The notes: generated by a model from the sequence alone, not told the origin. A DNA stretch of 64,000 nucleotides, filler included, from Barthelona sp. PAP020 (GCA_040182905.1; 15 parts of 15 records of this genome joined end to end with filler, not necessarily neighbours in it), one strand, 5' to 3'; positions 21,676 through 33,957 are shown, counted from the first letter of the whole stretch. Program-made: numbers and translations.

Positions 21676-24212
21676 AAGAATTAGATTTGTTTATTGATTT
21701 ACAATTGAAACAGATGGACACATTAAGAACTTCTGTTGAAGACACAAAATATCGTTTGAAAGGCGTTTTAGTACATTCGGGAATGATAAGTCATGGCCAT
21801 TATTACACTTACATATCTACAGATAAAGGATGGTATTTATTCAATGATAGTCAAGTTAGTTCCAGTAGTTTAAGTGAAGCAACAGAACAATGTTTTGGAG
21901 AAATTAAAAAGACTAAACGTTTTGCAGGGAGTGCCTATTTTTTGATATATGAAAAAATCTCTTCCACAATTTTGAAACCTCATATCAGAGCTGAATTTCA
22001 AAAATATATCCTTCATAAGGAATTGGAAGATTCTTTACTGAATAAATTGAAAAATAAAAACAATACTGAGAGTTTAATTCGAGTTCAAACGATTTTTGAG
22101 GAGAATTTGATTGATAGTGAGGAAGTTTCTGGTGATATATTGACAAATGACAAATTTAATCATTTACATTTCAATGGAAGTGATAATATGAAAGGAATTA
22201 TTGAATTCATTTCCACAAATTATGATTATATTTTAAAGAATAAAGGTTCTGTATTAATTAAGCCCAAAGAAAAAGTTGGAACTAAATCAATTACAGATGC
22301 AAAATCAAATGTCATTGCTGGTGATTCTGGAACTGTTTTCAATTGGTTGAATATTTTAGCAGAAAATAAAATTTATCCTGAAAAAAATGATTTGGCCATG
22401 AAACATTTGAAACAGTTGGGAGGATTTATTGTTGATAAGCAGCAAAATCAATCTCAACCAAAAGAAAAAGATGAAAAAAATGAAGAAGAAGAAGAAAAAG
22501 AAGAAAAAGAAAAATTAAAAAATATAGATATTGAAATTTGGGCTATGGGAGCTGATGAAAAAGTATATATTACCAATAGTTCAAAAAAATATGAAAATTC
22601 TGAAGATTTAATGGAAAATATTACTTTTTCTGAATTTTTAATTTCTAATAAAACAATAAGATCATTAAATCAATCGCTATTACATAAATTATCATATTAT
22701 AGTTGTGAAATAAACGATTTATTAACAAAAGAATTTGGAGACTTCATTAACAATGAAATATATGCTAAAAAAGATATTGACCAAAGTATTCCAAGAATAT
22801 TTATAAGGCATAGTAATTTAAAGCAGATCATTAAAGAACCTTCATTATTATTCATAAAACAATTGAAGGAAATTCCATTATATTATGCTTCTATTGCTTT
22901 AGATCCAGATTTACCGATTGAAAAATTCTTATTTCAAGTATTTATTGATAAAAATTCTTCTTTTACTGTGGAAGATTTCTCAAATATTAAATGGATGATC
23001 GAAAATGTTGATTTGAAAGGTAAAATTACATTTGAAAATATTGATGTTGCCAAATCTATGAATGATCATTCAAATTTATTGCATTCAGGTTCTACTCTTG
23101 TATTTTCTGAAAATAATGATATTGATGATTTTGATATGTACAAAAATCGTTTGAAAGAAGAAGCTTTTATTCAATTTATTTTCTTAGATGAACAGAATAA
23201 TAAACATGTTATTGAAGAAAAGAAAGTCTTTAAGTTATCTGAAGATTATTTGAAAGTGTCCAATGATTTGATTACAATATTTAAAAATCAAGCAGATTTG
23301 ATCAATTTAATAGCTTTACAAGACCTTAAAGCTGAAAATGTTAGATTTTATCGTTGGATTATTTCATCTGATGAACCATTTTTGGGTGATTATATCAGAC
23401 CTAAAATATTCGTTGAAAAACCCTTTTTATATTTCTTTTCATCAAAAGAAGAAGTTTATCAAAGATTATATGAAATTTTAAACAAAAAACAATTTCAAAA
23501 TCGAATTTTTTTCAAATTGTTTTTTAAAATTTCAAAACTTTCAATTTTTGAAGAAAATTTTTTCAAAAAAATCAATTATTATCTAATAGATTATCGTGAT
23601 GATCCATTTGAAAAGGAAATTCATCCCTCTATTTTCACAGAAATTGTTAAACTTGATTTCACTTCAAAAGAATTTTTAGAATTATTAATTAAAAACAAAT
23701 CAATTGAACCTCTTGCAGATGATGAATGTTTAATTGCAAGAAGAACTCTTTCTTTTGGACGTATTGTTTTGGATGAAATCGATTCAATCACACCATTGAA
23801 CAAAATTTTTTCAGATAAAGCGTCCATTCGCGTTGAAATTTGGAAAAAACAGGATCTGATTTGTGAAGAACATCAACGAATGATTTATTTGCACATGGGT
23901 ACTAAAATTCGAACAAGAGCAAATCTTAGTTCTTTAAGATTCAGTCATTTTCCAGCTTTATTCAAGATCATGGAATCAATTAAAGTTAACGAAATTGAAG
24001 AATTGATCAAAGCAAAATTATTGGTTGATCAAGATTTTTCCATCAAATTGCTATCATTAAATGGTAAATCATTTAATTTAAGTGCATTAACTTCAAGTAC
24101 TCTTTTGAATAATCTCACAACAAAGACATGTGTATTTTTGGTTGAACTTACAGATTTACAAAAAGATGACTTTTCAAAGAGGAATGAATTGATGATTGAT
24201 ATTGATGACTAG
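21676..24212 (+). CDS. Ubiquitin carboxyl-terminal hydrolase (USP family, possibly USP7-like), 5'-truncated
   Basis: His box YRLKGVLVHSG..SHGHYYTYI...WYLFNDSQVS and SAYFLIYEK, followed by a long C-terminal region. Confidence 0.85.
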
Positions 24213-24518
24213 TCTTATCCCTTGCTTGGTTCTTGTGAATGTTTTAATATGAAAAATATTAAAATATTAATTTTGGAACATTGAAACAATAAACTGAGTG
24301 ATTTTAGTGAATGTAAATATTTTTGTCAAATTGTTTTTTGCCGTTTTCTGAAATAAATCACCTTCTGAATTTAAAAAAAGGAAAAAAGCCAAATAATTCA
24401 AAAATTTATTGAAAAAAGAAAATCAAAAATGATTTACTTTAAAAAAAAAAAAAAAACCAAAGCAAAAAAATGCCCAAGAACAAATACACACCAAGAATTT
24501 GAAAACCCAAAGAGAATC

Positions 24519-25277
24519 TCAAATTAAACTTTGATTTTGATTCAAAGTGTAACTATAATTGGTTTTATTATCCCCAATCTTTTCATAAGAATCAAACTTT
24601 AGATATCTTAGATATTGATACATAAAAATGAAACAGAAGAAAAAGCTCAAAACTGACAATCCTAACTTGGCAAAATTTTCAAAAATACTTTCATGATTCG
24701 TGAGAGAATCATAAATTAATTGAGCAACATTGAAAAAACTACCAGTAAAATCTAATATCCAACCCCATTTTGAAAATCCAATCGTGGATGATAAACGATG
24801 ATTCTCATAAACTTGTGGAATATATTTGAATATAGTGCATATTAATTTAAGAGTTCCTAAAATAGCAATTGATGATTCAAACGATTTATCAAAATAATAA
24901 AGTATGGTTGTTACAACACCAATCAAGAAAATTACTAAAATTAATATCCCAAAAATAACTTCAATCCTGGTCCTTAAATGATACATTTTAAAAGGGTATA
25001 TGGCAAATTGTATGAAAATCAAAAAACAACAAAACATGGCATGTACTGCAAACCAAATATCAAAAACCGACACTAAAGAACTCTTTTCATCTACCATTTG
25101 GATACAATACATGGAGTAACAAAAGAATCCTGTGAAATTTAACGTTGTTAACAAAAAACTTAGCCCTTTTGTTGAAGATCTTTGAAAATTTAATATGATT
25201 TGAGGATAAAAGGAAATACCCCAAGCTAAAAAATATATAGCTCCTAATAAATTATGTATCGAAAAAATATTATCCAT
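24519..25277 (-). CDS. CTNS: Cystinosin-like PQ-loop transporter
   Basis: GAIYFLAWGISFYPQIILNFQR.ST.GLS, KYIPQVYEN....STIGFS....LDFTG and N.AKLGL motifs. Confidence 0.85.
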   Translation of the reverse strand: MDNIFSIHNLLGAIYFLAWGISFYPQIILNFQRSSTKGLSFLLTTLNFTGFFCYSMYCIQMVDEKSSLVSVFDIWFAVHAMFCCFLIFIQFAIYPFKMYHLRTRIEVIFGILILVIFLIGVVTTILYYFDKSFESSIAILGTLKLICTIFKYIPQVYENHRLSSTIGFSKWGWILDFTGSFFNVAQLIYDSLTNHESIFENFAKLGLSVLSFFFCFIFMYQYLRYLKFDSYEKIGDNKTNYSYTLNQNQSLI

Positions 25278-25447
25278 AATCAGAAAACACAAGAAAGAAA
25301 ATTTTTGAAGTTCACAGTAACCTTTTCAATTGAAAAATATCAATCAATATTTTTCAAACCAAAATATTCAATAAAGTAAAAATTTATAAACAATCGATAT
25401 TAATGGAGAATGCAAGGATTTTTAAAAAAAAATTTTTTTTCTTCAAC

Positions 25448-25883
25448 ATGAGTTCAGAGAACATTCCAGAATGGAAAAAAAAATTGATGGAAAAACGTGC
25501 AGCAAATGCTACTGCTCAAAGGGGTCTTGCTACGAATATGGCCCCTTCAACTATGGTTTCCAAACCAAATGAAAATGTTGAGAACACCATGATGAATGCT
25601 GTCAATAATGTTGCTAAAACTACGATCAATGAAACAGTACCAGAAAATTCTTCGAATCAATCAAATTTTTCTACCATTACTGGAACCACCAGACCAATTA
25701 TGGGTACTTTAATGGGAGGGACATCATTACGTGAGACTCATTCTTCAAACGATGCGATCAATTCTTTAAGTAACAACGAAAACATTGGAAATGGCATGGA
25801 AGGCTTGATCACTATGGTGAATAAATTACAGGATGCATTTGCAACCATTGGATTGACCTCGGTGGATTTACCCCAAATTGCTG
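25448..25883 (+). CDS. Dynamin-family GTPase, N-terminal fragment with extension
   Basis: GMEGLITMVNKLQDAFATIGLTSVDLPQIA is the canonical dynamin N-terminus, here preceded by about 115 extra residues. Confidence 0.88.
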
Positions 25884-25983
25884 NNNNNNNNNNNNNNNNN
25901 NNNNNNNNNNNNNNNNNNNNNNNNNNNTTAATTAATTAANNNNNNNNNNNNNNNNNNNNNNNNNNNNNNNNNNNNNNNNNNNN

Positions 25984-26202
25984 AGGACTTCTCCAACTAT
26001 CTTCAAATCTATTAAAATCACACTTAATAAATGGAAAGTTAGAGGAGGTATCTTGTTCAATTTCCAAAGGTAATTGAACATTTTCCAATATTTGTGTTGA
26101 TAATTCTGGTAATAATTCAATTAATCGAAACATATCATCTTTGATATTTTTTGGACTCATACGATTGAGAAGATCAACAACAACGCTAACTTTTGGATCC
26201 AT
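25984..26202 (-). CDS. CAPZB: F-actin capping protein beta subunit, N-terminal fragment
   Basis: DLLNRMSP...L..L.PEL...IL..V..PL....D......FIKCDFNRFEDSWRSP. Confidence 0.88.
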
Positions 26203-26365
26203 TGTCAAAAAAAAGTTTGATACCATTGTCATCTTTTGTTTTGATTTTGTTTTTTAAAACGTTTAAAGACCAAAAACGTTAAATAAATAATTTAACGATT
26301 TATAAAACGAAGATTTAAGCCTTAAAAACAATGTTAATGTTGAAAAAGAAGGAATAGCATTACAT

Positions 26366-28147
26366 TCATTTATTTGTATTTTTCAATAATTTTGGAGGAA
26401 CGCTTGCAAGAGTTAAAAAAGGATTTGGTGTTTTTGACTTTTTCTTTCGTTGTTTTGTGATTTTTTCCTTTTTTTTTTCTTTCTTTTCTTTCTTAGAAGA
26501 ATCAAAAACAATGTCAGAATAATTGATTGAATTGCCACCAGAATTTGATACATTTGATAATGATTTAGACACTGACAAATATGTTGGAATAGATGCAAAT
26601 AGCCCACTATTGTTTTTTTGACTTGTTTCCTCCTTTTCTGCTCCAATATTTTGTGATTCATGTGATTCATATGGTTCAGAGTTTTGTTGTTCTTTTGTTT
26701 TCTCAATAAAATCATTCCCTGATTTTTCTTCAGTCATGATCATGGTTGTGGACTGGGATGTTGTAGATGGCAATTCGGTGAATCTTGTGTTTGTTATGGG
26801 AATTGACATTTCTTCATTTAAAACGGGTGAAATTGCATGTTTATCAATTTCATCATTGCTTCCTAACTTATCCTCAAGAATTTTTCTTTTCCTCTTTTCA
26901 GGAATCCTATGCATCTCCTTATCCACTGTGTTTTTCTCAAGAACTTTTTCCTTCGTTTTTGTCTTATTTTTTGTTTTAGATATGTTTTCTTCTATATCAA
27001 TAGGTTCCTTTTTTCTTCGATTATTTTTTTGATCTTCATTTGAAAGAAGGCTGTTAACTCTATCCCTGTTGATTCTATCCTTAAGCTTCCATTGATCTTT
27101 CTGAAACTCTTTCAAACTTGTTAGAATTTGTTCGTTTTGATCCAATTCATTCTTTTGCATATCTATTAAGTTGTGAATATCTATTTTAAATTCTTCAGCA
27201 TCCGACTTTAAATTTACAACCTTTTTGCTTAAATCAACAGTCGAATCAATCAGTTTACCGTTTACTAAAAGCAAATCAGAATCTAAATGCTGAATATTCT
27301 TAATTCCTTTTTCTATTTGAACAATATTGGTTAAAGTTGTGGACATGCCTCTTCTAACCTCAGAATATTCTTGACTCATCATCATCAATCGTTTAGTCAT
27401 TTCATTATCACCATTTGTGTCAAATTCAATGAAAAATTGTTCAATTCTAGAAATTGTGCCCTTTAATAAACCATCTATAATTCCCACACTTTCTTCATGC
27501 TCATTTCGAGCCACTGAATCAATATGTCTTTGAATAGACGTAAATAAAAAGCTAAAAGCATGATTAATTACTTCTTTCAAATCTCGAACGTCAAAACTGT
27601 CTTCAACACCTTGTAGATGTGGTTGTGAATAATTTATTCGTAAATAATCTGGTATCGTCAATGGTTGATTCATAATAGAATGATTCATAACCTTAGCCTC
27701 CAAAAGATTTGACAATTCAACAAGATGCTTGGTGTTTTCGAAATTAAATGAATCTAAAAGCTTGTTAAGCTGTTCTTCTTTTGAAATATTACCATCTAAT
27801 TGTTCAATTAAATAATTAATACCAGAAACAAAATCTTCTAAAACGTTAGCTAATGATTTTTGAGAAATTTCTTGATAAGTGTCAATTGTTGAATTAAACA
27901 GTTGTTTAATTAACTCAAATAGATTTTTTTGGGTTTTATTTATATTCTTTTTAGTCTTATAATTCTTTATTGATAATTGACTCTCATTGTTCATAACTTT
28001 TTGAAATTGATAATCCAAAATTTCATCTAATCTTTCATCTTCATGTTGAATATTGTTTAATTTGTTTGAATAAAATTGCTTAATTTGTTTGAATTCATTG
28101 ATTATTGTGGGATCAGTTTCTTTTGATGAATTAATATCATCAATCAT
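26366..28147 (-). CDS. Hypothetical coiled-coil protein
   Basis: 593-aa ORF with no recognised motif and a basic C-terminus. Confidence 0.7.
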   Translation of the reverse strand: MIDDINSSKETDPTIINEFKQIKQFYSNKLNNIQHEDERLDEILDYQFQKVMNNESQLSIKNYKTKKNINKTQKNLFELIKQLFNSTIDTYQEISQKSLANVLEDFVSGINYLIEQLDGNISKEEQLNKLLDSFNFENTKHLVELSNLLEAKVMNHSIMNQPLTIPDYLRINYSQPHLQGVEDSFDVRDLKEVINHAFSFLFTSIQRHIDSVARNEHEESVGIIDGLLKGTISRIEQFFIEFDTNGDNEMTKRLMMMSQEYSEVRRGMSTTLTNIVQIEKGIKNIQHLDSDLLLVNGKLIDSTVDLSKKVVNLKSDAEEFKIDIHNLIDMQKNELDQNEQILTSLKEFQKDQWKLKDRINRDRVNSLLSNEDQKNNRRKKEPIDIEENISKTKNKTKTKEKVLEKNTVDKEMHRIPEKRKRKILEDKLGSNDEIDKHAISPVLNEEMSIPITNTRFTELPSTTSQSTTMIMTEEKSGNDFIEKTKEQQNSEPYESHESQNIGAEKEETSQKNNSGLFASIPTYLSVSKSLSNVSNSGGNSINYSDIVFDSSKKEKKEKKKEKITKQRKKKSKTPNPFLTLASVPPKLLKNTNK

Positions 28148-28267
28148 TACATTAATAAATTATATATTATTAAACAACAAATAAATCAATAATTTTCAAG
28201 TTAATATCGAGATAATATTGTTGAAAAAAAAAATGAGGTTTTAGAATTTCACTTTTTTAGGTCATTT

Positions 28268-29605
28268 ATGAATTCAAATTTCAATTTAGATTTTGAATCT
28301 CCTGATTCAAATGATAAAGAAAGTGAATACGATAATGAAATAGATGATGATATGTTTTCATTTGACGGATTATATGATGATTATGGTTCAAAGAAAAATA
28401 TAGAAGCATTAGCTAAATTATTGGATATTGACAACATCATGGTCGATGTTAATAATGAAAAACTAGACTCACAAACACCTTTTAAAAATACTTTTGATAC
28501 GTTTCATCCATTTGACAACAGTTTTTTTGAAGATTTTAACACTATAGACGATTTAACTTTTTTTTATGATCCTAATGAACCAGATATTGTTGACGATCAT
28601 GAAAATTTTGACCATATGGTAATTGGTCATGTGTACCATTCAGACGATTATTCTATCTTGCCAATAAAATCGCGTTCTTCAACAATGTCCGATATAGACA
28701 AAGAAATTGATTCAGAGCATCTGATTAAACACAAACATCTAAGTAAATATATCCGACGTCCTGGTAAAACTGGCAGGGTTCCCAAGAGCATATCGAAAAA
28801 ATCGGGAAAGAACAATGATTTGAATGAAATAATTGAGGATATTGACATTTATCGTGAATCTTCATCTCCTTTACCAGTTTATACCAGAGAAAACACGATT
28901 TCTTCCTCTCCTCAAGAGAAGGTAGAACCTGTTATGGAGGTTGAAGATGTTGATTTGAATAAATTGGTTGAAGAAGATTTTGAGTCCCCATTTGTTGTGA
29001 CAGATCAAGCAGAAATTTATTTTTTTGATGGGAAAGAGGTTTCTGTTGTTCCCAAACATCCATCACATTATCTATTAGATGATCGTTTTTTTACTGAAAC
29101 AAAATTCCTTCAATTTAGAAAAGATTGTTTGGAAGATCGTGTGGCCAATGGTCCTAAACATTCAACCCAATTTCGTACTCTTTTCCGCTTCTATTCATAT
29201 TTTCTAAGAGATAAATTTTTACCTTCATTATACGTTGATTTTGTCAATTTGGCCATCAAAGATTATGCTCATTGCAACTATGGCTTTGAGTGTTTAATGA
29301 GGTTTTACAGCTACTCTTTGGAAAAGAAGTATAATAGGCTGTTGTTCAATGACTTCATGGCGCATGTGTTGTTTGATATACAAAATGGGTCTTTATATGC
29401 TTTAGAGAAGTTTGTGGCCTTTTTGAAATACAGAGAATATCCACAAAAACTCAATATTCCGTTTAGACTTCAACAATGGTTGAACAGATATCCTACTTTA
29501 GATAGCTTTGAAAAGGAAAGAAAAACCATGATCAAACAGAAACCAAAATTTCAACAGAATAACAACAAGAGTAAATTTCATCGTCAAGATAAAAAAAGGT
29601 TATAA
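28268..29605 (+). CDS. LARP1-like DM15 repeat protein
   Basis: HPSHYLL, FRKDCLEDR...G...S....TLFRFYSYFLR, YGFECLMRFYSYSLEKK and G.LYALEKF.AFLKY. Confidence 0.88.
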   Translation: MNSNFNLDFESPDSNDKESEYDNEIDDDMFSFDGLYDDYGSKKNIEALAKLLDIDNIMVDVNNEKLDSQTPFKNTFDTFHPFDNSFFEDFNTIDDLTFFYDPNEPDIVDDHENFDHMVIGHVYHSDDYSILPIKSRSSTMSDIDKEIDSEHLIKHKHLSKYIRRPGKTGRVPKSISKKSGKNNDLNEIIEDIDIYRESSSPLPVYTRENTISSSPQEKVEPVMEVEDVDLNKLVEEDFESPFVVTDQAEIYFFDGKEVSVVPKHPSHYLLDDRFFTETKFLQFRKDCLEDRVANGPKHSTQFRTLFRFYSYFLRDKFLPSLYVDFVNLAIKDYAHCNYGFECLMRFYSYSLEKKYNRLLFNDFMAHVLFDIQNGSLYALEKFVAFLKYREYPQKLNIPFRLQQWLNRYPTLDSFEKERKTMIKQKPKFQQNNNKSKFHRQDKKRL

Positions 29606-29796
29606 TTGAGTGGATAAGGTAGAATTGTCCATTCAACGAAATTTTGAGGTTCCATTTTTTTTTAATGACAACATAAACGGTACGATTCCTCTTTTTTTTT
29701 TTGTTGAGAAAATTGAAAATGGATTTTTGATTGCTTCTGAAGCTTGATAATGGAAACATATCCAAATTGAAACGTTCAAAACTTTTTATTTAACAA

Positions 29797-29874
29797 GTGT
29801 TCGTAGCAAAGCGAACGGATTTCACATAAAAGACAATATAAATGTGTTTAAGGTTTCTTCTTGCAATTTCTGAT
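29797..29874 (+). repeat. Dispersed repeat R3 (hairpin-initiated)
   Basis: GTGTTCGTAGCAAAGCGAACGGATTTCAC..AAAAGACAA is similar to 61873-61951. Confidence 0.75.
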
Positions 29875-30130
29875 AATAGATATCAAAAATGAAAGTGAAA
29901 TGACAGCAAAGAATCATATGATTCATGATAATAAGGATACAAGTGTACATAGTAGGTTAGCAAGGAATTACAGAGTTTTATCAAGGAAGCCCAGAGAAGA
30001 ACTAACCAAAATACTCCTGTACATAAAGCTAATAATCCCATAAGAAAGAAAATTTTAAATCTGGAAAAGAGGAGATCAAAACAATAAGAATTTTATTTGC
30101 TAAAGGACAGCACCTCTTAACAATTATGAG

Positions 30131-30184
30131 TTTTTTTTTTTTTCCAGACTCAAAGAATTCTGAATCGGTTGACCAAAACAGCAA
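30131..30184 (-). mobile_element. Poly(A)-tailed 3' end of a probable non-LTR retroelement
   Basis: T13 followed by 41 nt identical to 61815-61855. Runs into the contig end. Confidence 0.6.
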
Positions 30185-30355
30185 NNNNNNNNNNNNNNNN
30201 NNNNNNNNNNNNNNNNNNNNNNNNNNNNTTAATTAATTAANNNNNNNNNNNNNNNNNNNNNNNNNNNNNNNNNNNNNNNNNNNNAAAAAAAATTAAAAAA
30301 AAAACAAAAAACAAAAAATAAAAAACAAAGATACAATAGTAATTTATATTTCAAA

Positions 30356-32380
30356 TTAATCAAGAGCAGATTGTATTACTTGTGCATATTTTTTAATGTC
30401 ACCCACCCCAAAATGAACAACAAAATTTATGGAATTTTTAAAATTTGAGAATTTTGAATTTTGAAAGATTCTTTCGTTCAATTCAATATTTTGAACAATA
30501 ACACAGCATAAACACAAAAGATTTTGAACCAATAAAGAAGATAAATTTCTTTGACAGAAGATTATCGAAATATTATCAAAAAAGGATGGATCTATCAAAT
30601 AAGCACTGCAATTTGGGAAAAAGAAAACAATATTATGCAAAATACCTGCGGTTTTAGCAGCAATATTCTCATTATTTGCGGGCAAAAACAAATAATTTTT
30701 TGTCAATAAATTGATCACATCATGAGAACTTAATCTCTTAGCTCCATTGCTTTCAGCTGTTACATTTTGAAGAGTAGAAAATATTAGATCTATAACATGT
30801 AAATCCAATAGCTCAAAATTATCAAGTATCGATTTTAAAAGCTTAGGATGTTCAATTAGCAGGTTAATAGTCATCGGGTCACTTGACATGTTGAAGAGTA
30901 ATTGGCCTATGCGCCTCTTGCAATCTTTTACAGATTGAGTGCTAACAAGTTGATTTGTTTTCATTTGACAAATAAAAGGAAACGAAAATGTTAATGAATC
31001 TAAAAGATGAGGTAAACGATTGAATTTGATTAAAACATCAGGATTGTGACTTAAAGCATTTAAAATAGCAATCAAAATATTTAAAATTATAAAATCAAGA
31101 TCATTAGGCTTATAATTTGAACAATCAGTACACCAATCACTTAATATGGTATCATAAAATGATCGCAACAATGGGGAAAAACATTGTTGATGTAAATAAG
31201 GGTCTGAAGACAATGTATGCAACAATTTAATACATTTTAAGAATTCTTTTGACTTCTTATGTGTTTCTGATTTGTAAAGTATTGACAAAAGTTTCCCAAA
31301 AGTTTCAAAAAATTTGGGGAAATTTAAAAGATTTCTTCCTAAACTTGTAACGGAAAGGTTGACAAACAGTTGAACCATTTGATTGATAGTTGAAATGTTA
31401 AACATTTCAATTATTTGCTTGGAAATCACCAACCCAAATTTTTGTTGATTTCTTTCAATGAGTTCAACACACAATTCAGTTTTAGATGTTAGGTTAATTA
31501 AAATACCAATGCAATATAAAGAAATTTCCAAATTCATTGTGTCAACGCTATTCAGAATCAAATCCAAAAATTGATAATTTTGTGAAAGTTTCTTCAAAAT
31601 AACTGTCTCGGCCGATAAACACCAAATGATCCACAAATTGCTCTTTATTATTTTTTTATCCAATTCTCGTTCATATATTAAACAAGAAACACAATGTTGC
31701 AATAGTATTTCACAGAGATTCGATGAAACAAAATATTTATTACTTATACAAGCTTCAAAAACTTTATAAACATTTAGACTTAAAGTTAAATTGTTCATTT
31801 CCAATAATTTCAAAAAAGATTTGAATAACTCCTTATTTTCTAACAAAAGGATAGAAGTGTTTGTATAAGAAATACCATATTCAAATATTTTCAATAAAGT
31901 GTTCAGAGAATTGATATTATGATTGGAAATGGCAAAAATATTGATCAAATATGTTGAACAATTCGGTAATTTAAAAATCATTTCACTAATTTCTTTTTTA
32001 TAGCATAATTTAAGAATAAATAAATTACACAAATCAATAAGGGCAATATCGTTACTTAAAGTCATTAAATAATCAAACAATTTCACTAAAAACAACTCAT
32101 TAGAACTTATTATATAAATAATATTGTCATTTACACTAGTTTTCATCAATAATGTGATAATTAAAGTGGTCAATGATGGCGTTATATCAATCAACTCATA
32201 TAATATACATAATAACTCATTTCCATAATTATTATAACATATATCCCAATCCAAATTGCTCATTACCAATTCCAATATCAATTGTTGTTTCATTATTAAA
32301 CATGTTTCCTTTTTTAACTTCTTCAATATATCAACAAAACTCTTACTTTCTTCTTCTTGAATAATACTAAATGGAATCAT
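30356..32380 (-). CDS. Armadillo/HEAT repeat protein
   Basis: 674 aa, Leu-rich, with recurrent L.NL/ ARM-like helices (GILINLT, FVNLS, LQNVT, GILHNI). Confidence 0.75.
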   Translation of the reverse strand: MIPFSIIQEEESKSFVDILKKLKKETCLIMKQQLILELVMSNLDWDICYNNYGNELLCILYELIDITPSLTTLIITLLMKTSVNDNIIYIISSNELFLVKLFDYLMTLSNDIALIDLCNLFILKLCYKKEISEMIFKLPNCSTYLINIFAISNHNINSLNTLLKIFEYGISYTNTSILLLENKELFKSFLKLLEMNNLTLSLNVYKVFEACISNKYFVSSNLCEILLQHCVSCLIYERELDKKIIKSNLWIIWCLSAETVILKKLSQNYQFLDLILNSVDTMNLEISLYCIGILINLTSKTELCVELIERNQQKFGLVISKQIIEMFNISTINQMVQLFVNLSVTSLGRNLLNFPKFFETFGKLLSILYKSETHKKSKEFLKCIKLLHTLSSDPYLHQQCFSPLLRSFYDTILSDWCTDCSNYKPNDLDFIILNILIAILNALSHNPDVLIKFNRLPHLLDSLTFSFPFICQMKTNQLVSTQSVKDCKRRIGQLLFNMSSDPMTINLLIEHPKLLKSILDNFELLDLHVIDLIFSTLQNVTAESNGAKRLSSHDVINLLTKNYLFLPANNENIAAKTAGILHNIVFFFPNCSAYLIDPSFFDNISIIFCQRNLSSLLVQNLLCLCCVIVQNIELNERIFQNSKFSNFKNSINFVVHFGVGDIKKYAQVIQSALD

Positions 32381-32548
32381 TACATAACCAAAAATTCAAG
32401 AAAACACTTTTTTGAAATATTTTTTCTTTAAATTAAAATCATCTTTTTATCAACTTGTCGAGTTTATTTTGTTTAAAAAAAAACACAATAATAATATAGG
32501 CAACATAAATAATTTACAAAAAAGAATATGAGAACACCATGCAAACGC

Positions 32549-33100
32549 TTATCTCAAAGATCTTCTCCATGAATCCATATAATTGACATTAGCAGCTTCA
32601 AACTCTAATTCGGCTTGTTTTTCTTGAGCATTTAATTGTTGACGATAAACTTCCATTTCTTCATTGTCTTGCCTAATGGATCTTAAATATTCTTCCCTTA
32701 TATATTCTTCCTCTAATAATTTTAATTGCCTTTGACGTTCAATTTCAGCGATTCTAGCATCTTCTTCAAGAGAAAGACAATATTCATCATATAGAGCTCT
32801 TTGCTTTTCTTCAAAAGCATAATCCATTTCTTCTCTAGTGTTTCTTTTTATTTCATTTAAAATTTCCTTCTTTCCATCAAATTGATAATCTTTTTCAAAG
32901 GCATTCAATTTTTGAATGGCTTTGTCTTCCATTTCTTGCCATTTTTGACGTTTAGCCTCAGCAATTGCTTGTTTTTTTTCAAAATCTTGATCAAAAGTTG
33001 TTTTGTTAAAATTTCGAATAACCTTGTGAGGTCTTGTTAAAATACTAGATTTTGGTGCTTCTGGGTCACTATAAGATCCACCCCAGGCTTCTCTTTGCAT
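32549..33100 (-). CDS. Coiled-coil protein (possible ciliary microtubule inner protein)
   Basis: E/R/Q-rich helical ORF next to FAM183. Family not recognised. Confidence 0.6.
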   Translation of the reverse strand: MQREAWGGSYSDPEAPKSSILTRPHKVIRNFNKTTFDQDFEKKQAIAEAKRQKWQEMEDKAIQKLNAFEKDYQFDGKKEILNEIKRNTREEMDYAFEEKQRALYDEYCLSLEEDARIAEIERQRQLKLLEEEYIREEYLRSIRQDNEEMEVYRQQLNAQEKQAELEFEAANVNYMDSWRRSLR

Positions 33101-33358
33101 TATTTTAAAGTATAAACTTTGAAAAAAAAATGTTATGGGCAATTGATTCAAATTTAAATTGGCACCACATTTTCATTTTTGATGATTACTCACAAACTGG
33201 ATTAATATTTTATTCTCTGTGGTGATAAGTTTTCCATTATTTAGAGAATTGACAGTTTTGATAAATTAAACAAAAATTATTCCAATAAATTTATAAATTA
33301 AAAAGAATTAAGAATTTGGTACAAATCGATACAATAAAATCAAAAAATGTCTTTAAAA

Positions 33359-33957
33359 TCACTGTGGATTAGCTGAAGGCTTTGCAATATTGCTGGGTTT
33401 TGGAAGCAAACCTTTCTCTTTCCATATTTGGTCTCTAATAGGATGACTGCCATTATCTCGTGAATGAGGATCTTCACCAGATCTGATCATAGCCTCTTGA
33501 TGTTGAACTATGGTGGATCTTTTCGCGGAAAAATTAAATTTTGGATCCACTGACAATTTTTGATCATGCATCCAACCTATAAGTTGATTGTTTGTTGATG
33601 GTATTTTGTTTCTTTTCTTTAAATCTTGATACTTGCAATTCAAAGTGTTATTGTAAATATCTGCATTATCTTCATTATATTCTAAAAATTTGGGGACCAT
33701 TTGAGTTGGCTTTGATGTGTACAAATCATTTGTTTGAGAAATAGTGGGTTTCCAACTCTTATCAACATTTTGATATATCCTATTTTGTTTTTGAATCGTT
33801 TCAGTTAATATTTGCCTTTAAAGTTAGAACAATTGTGAACTATGAAATTTTCAAACTGTTGATGAACAAAATTTTCTTGTGATTTCGCATTCTTAACTTG
33901 GTTTGGATCAGTATTATTTGCGTTGTTATTTGTGGGTTCATTAGGTTGATCTGACAT
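33359..33957 (-). CDS. CFAP144: FAM183/CFAP144-like ciliary protein, join(33957..33857,33815..33359)
   Basis: After removing a 41-nt intron (33816-33856, GTTTGA..TCTAACTTTAAAG): NFVHQQQILTETIQK and PSTNNQLIGW motifs. The spliced length of 558 nt is in frame. Confidence 0.7.
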
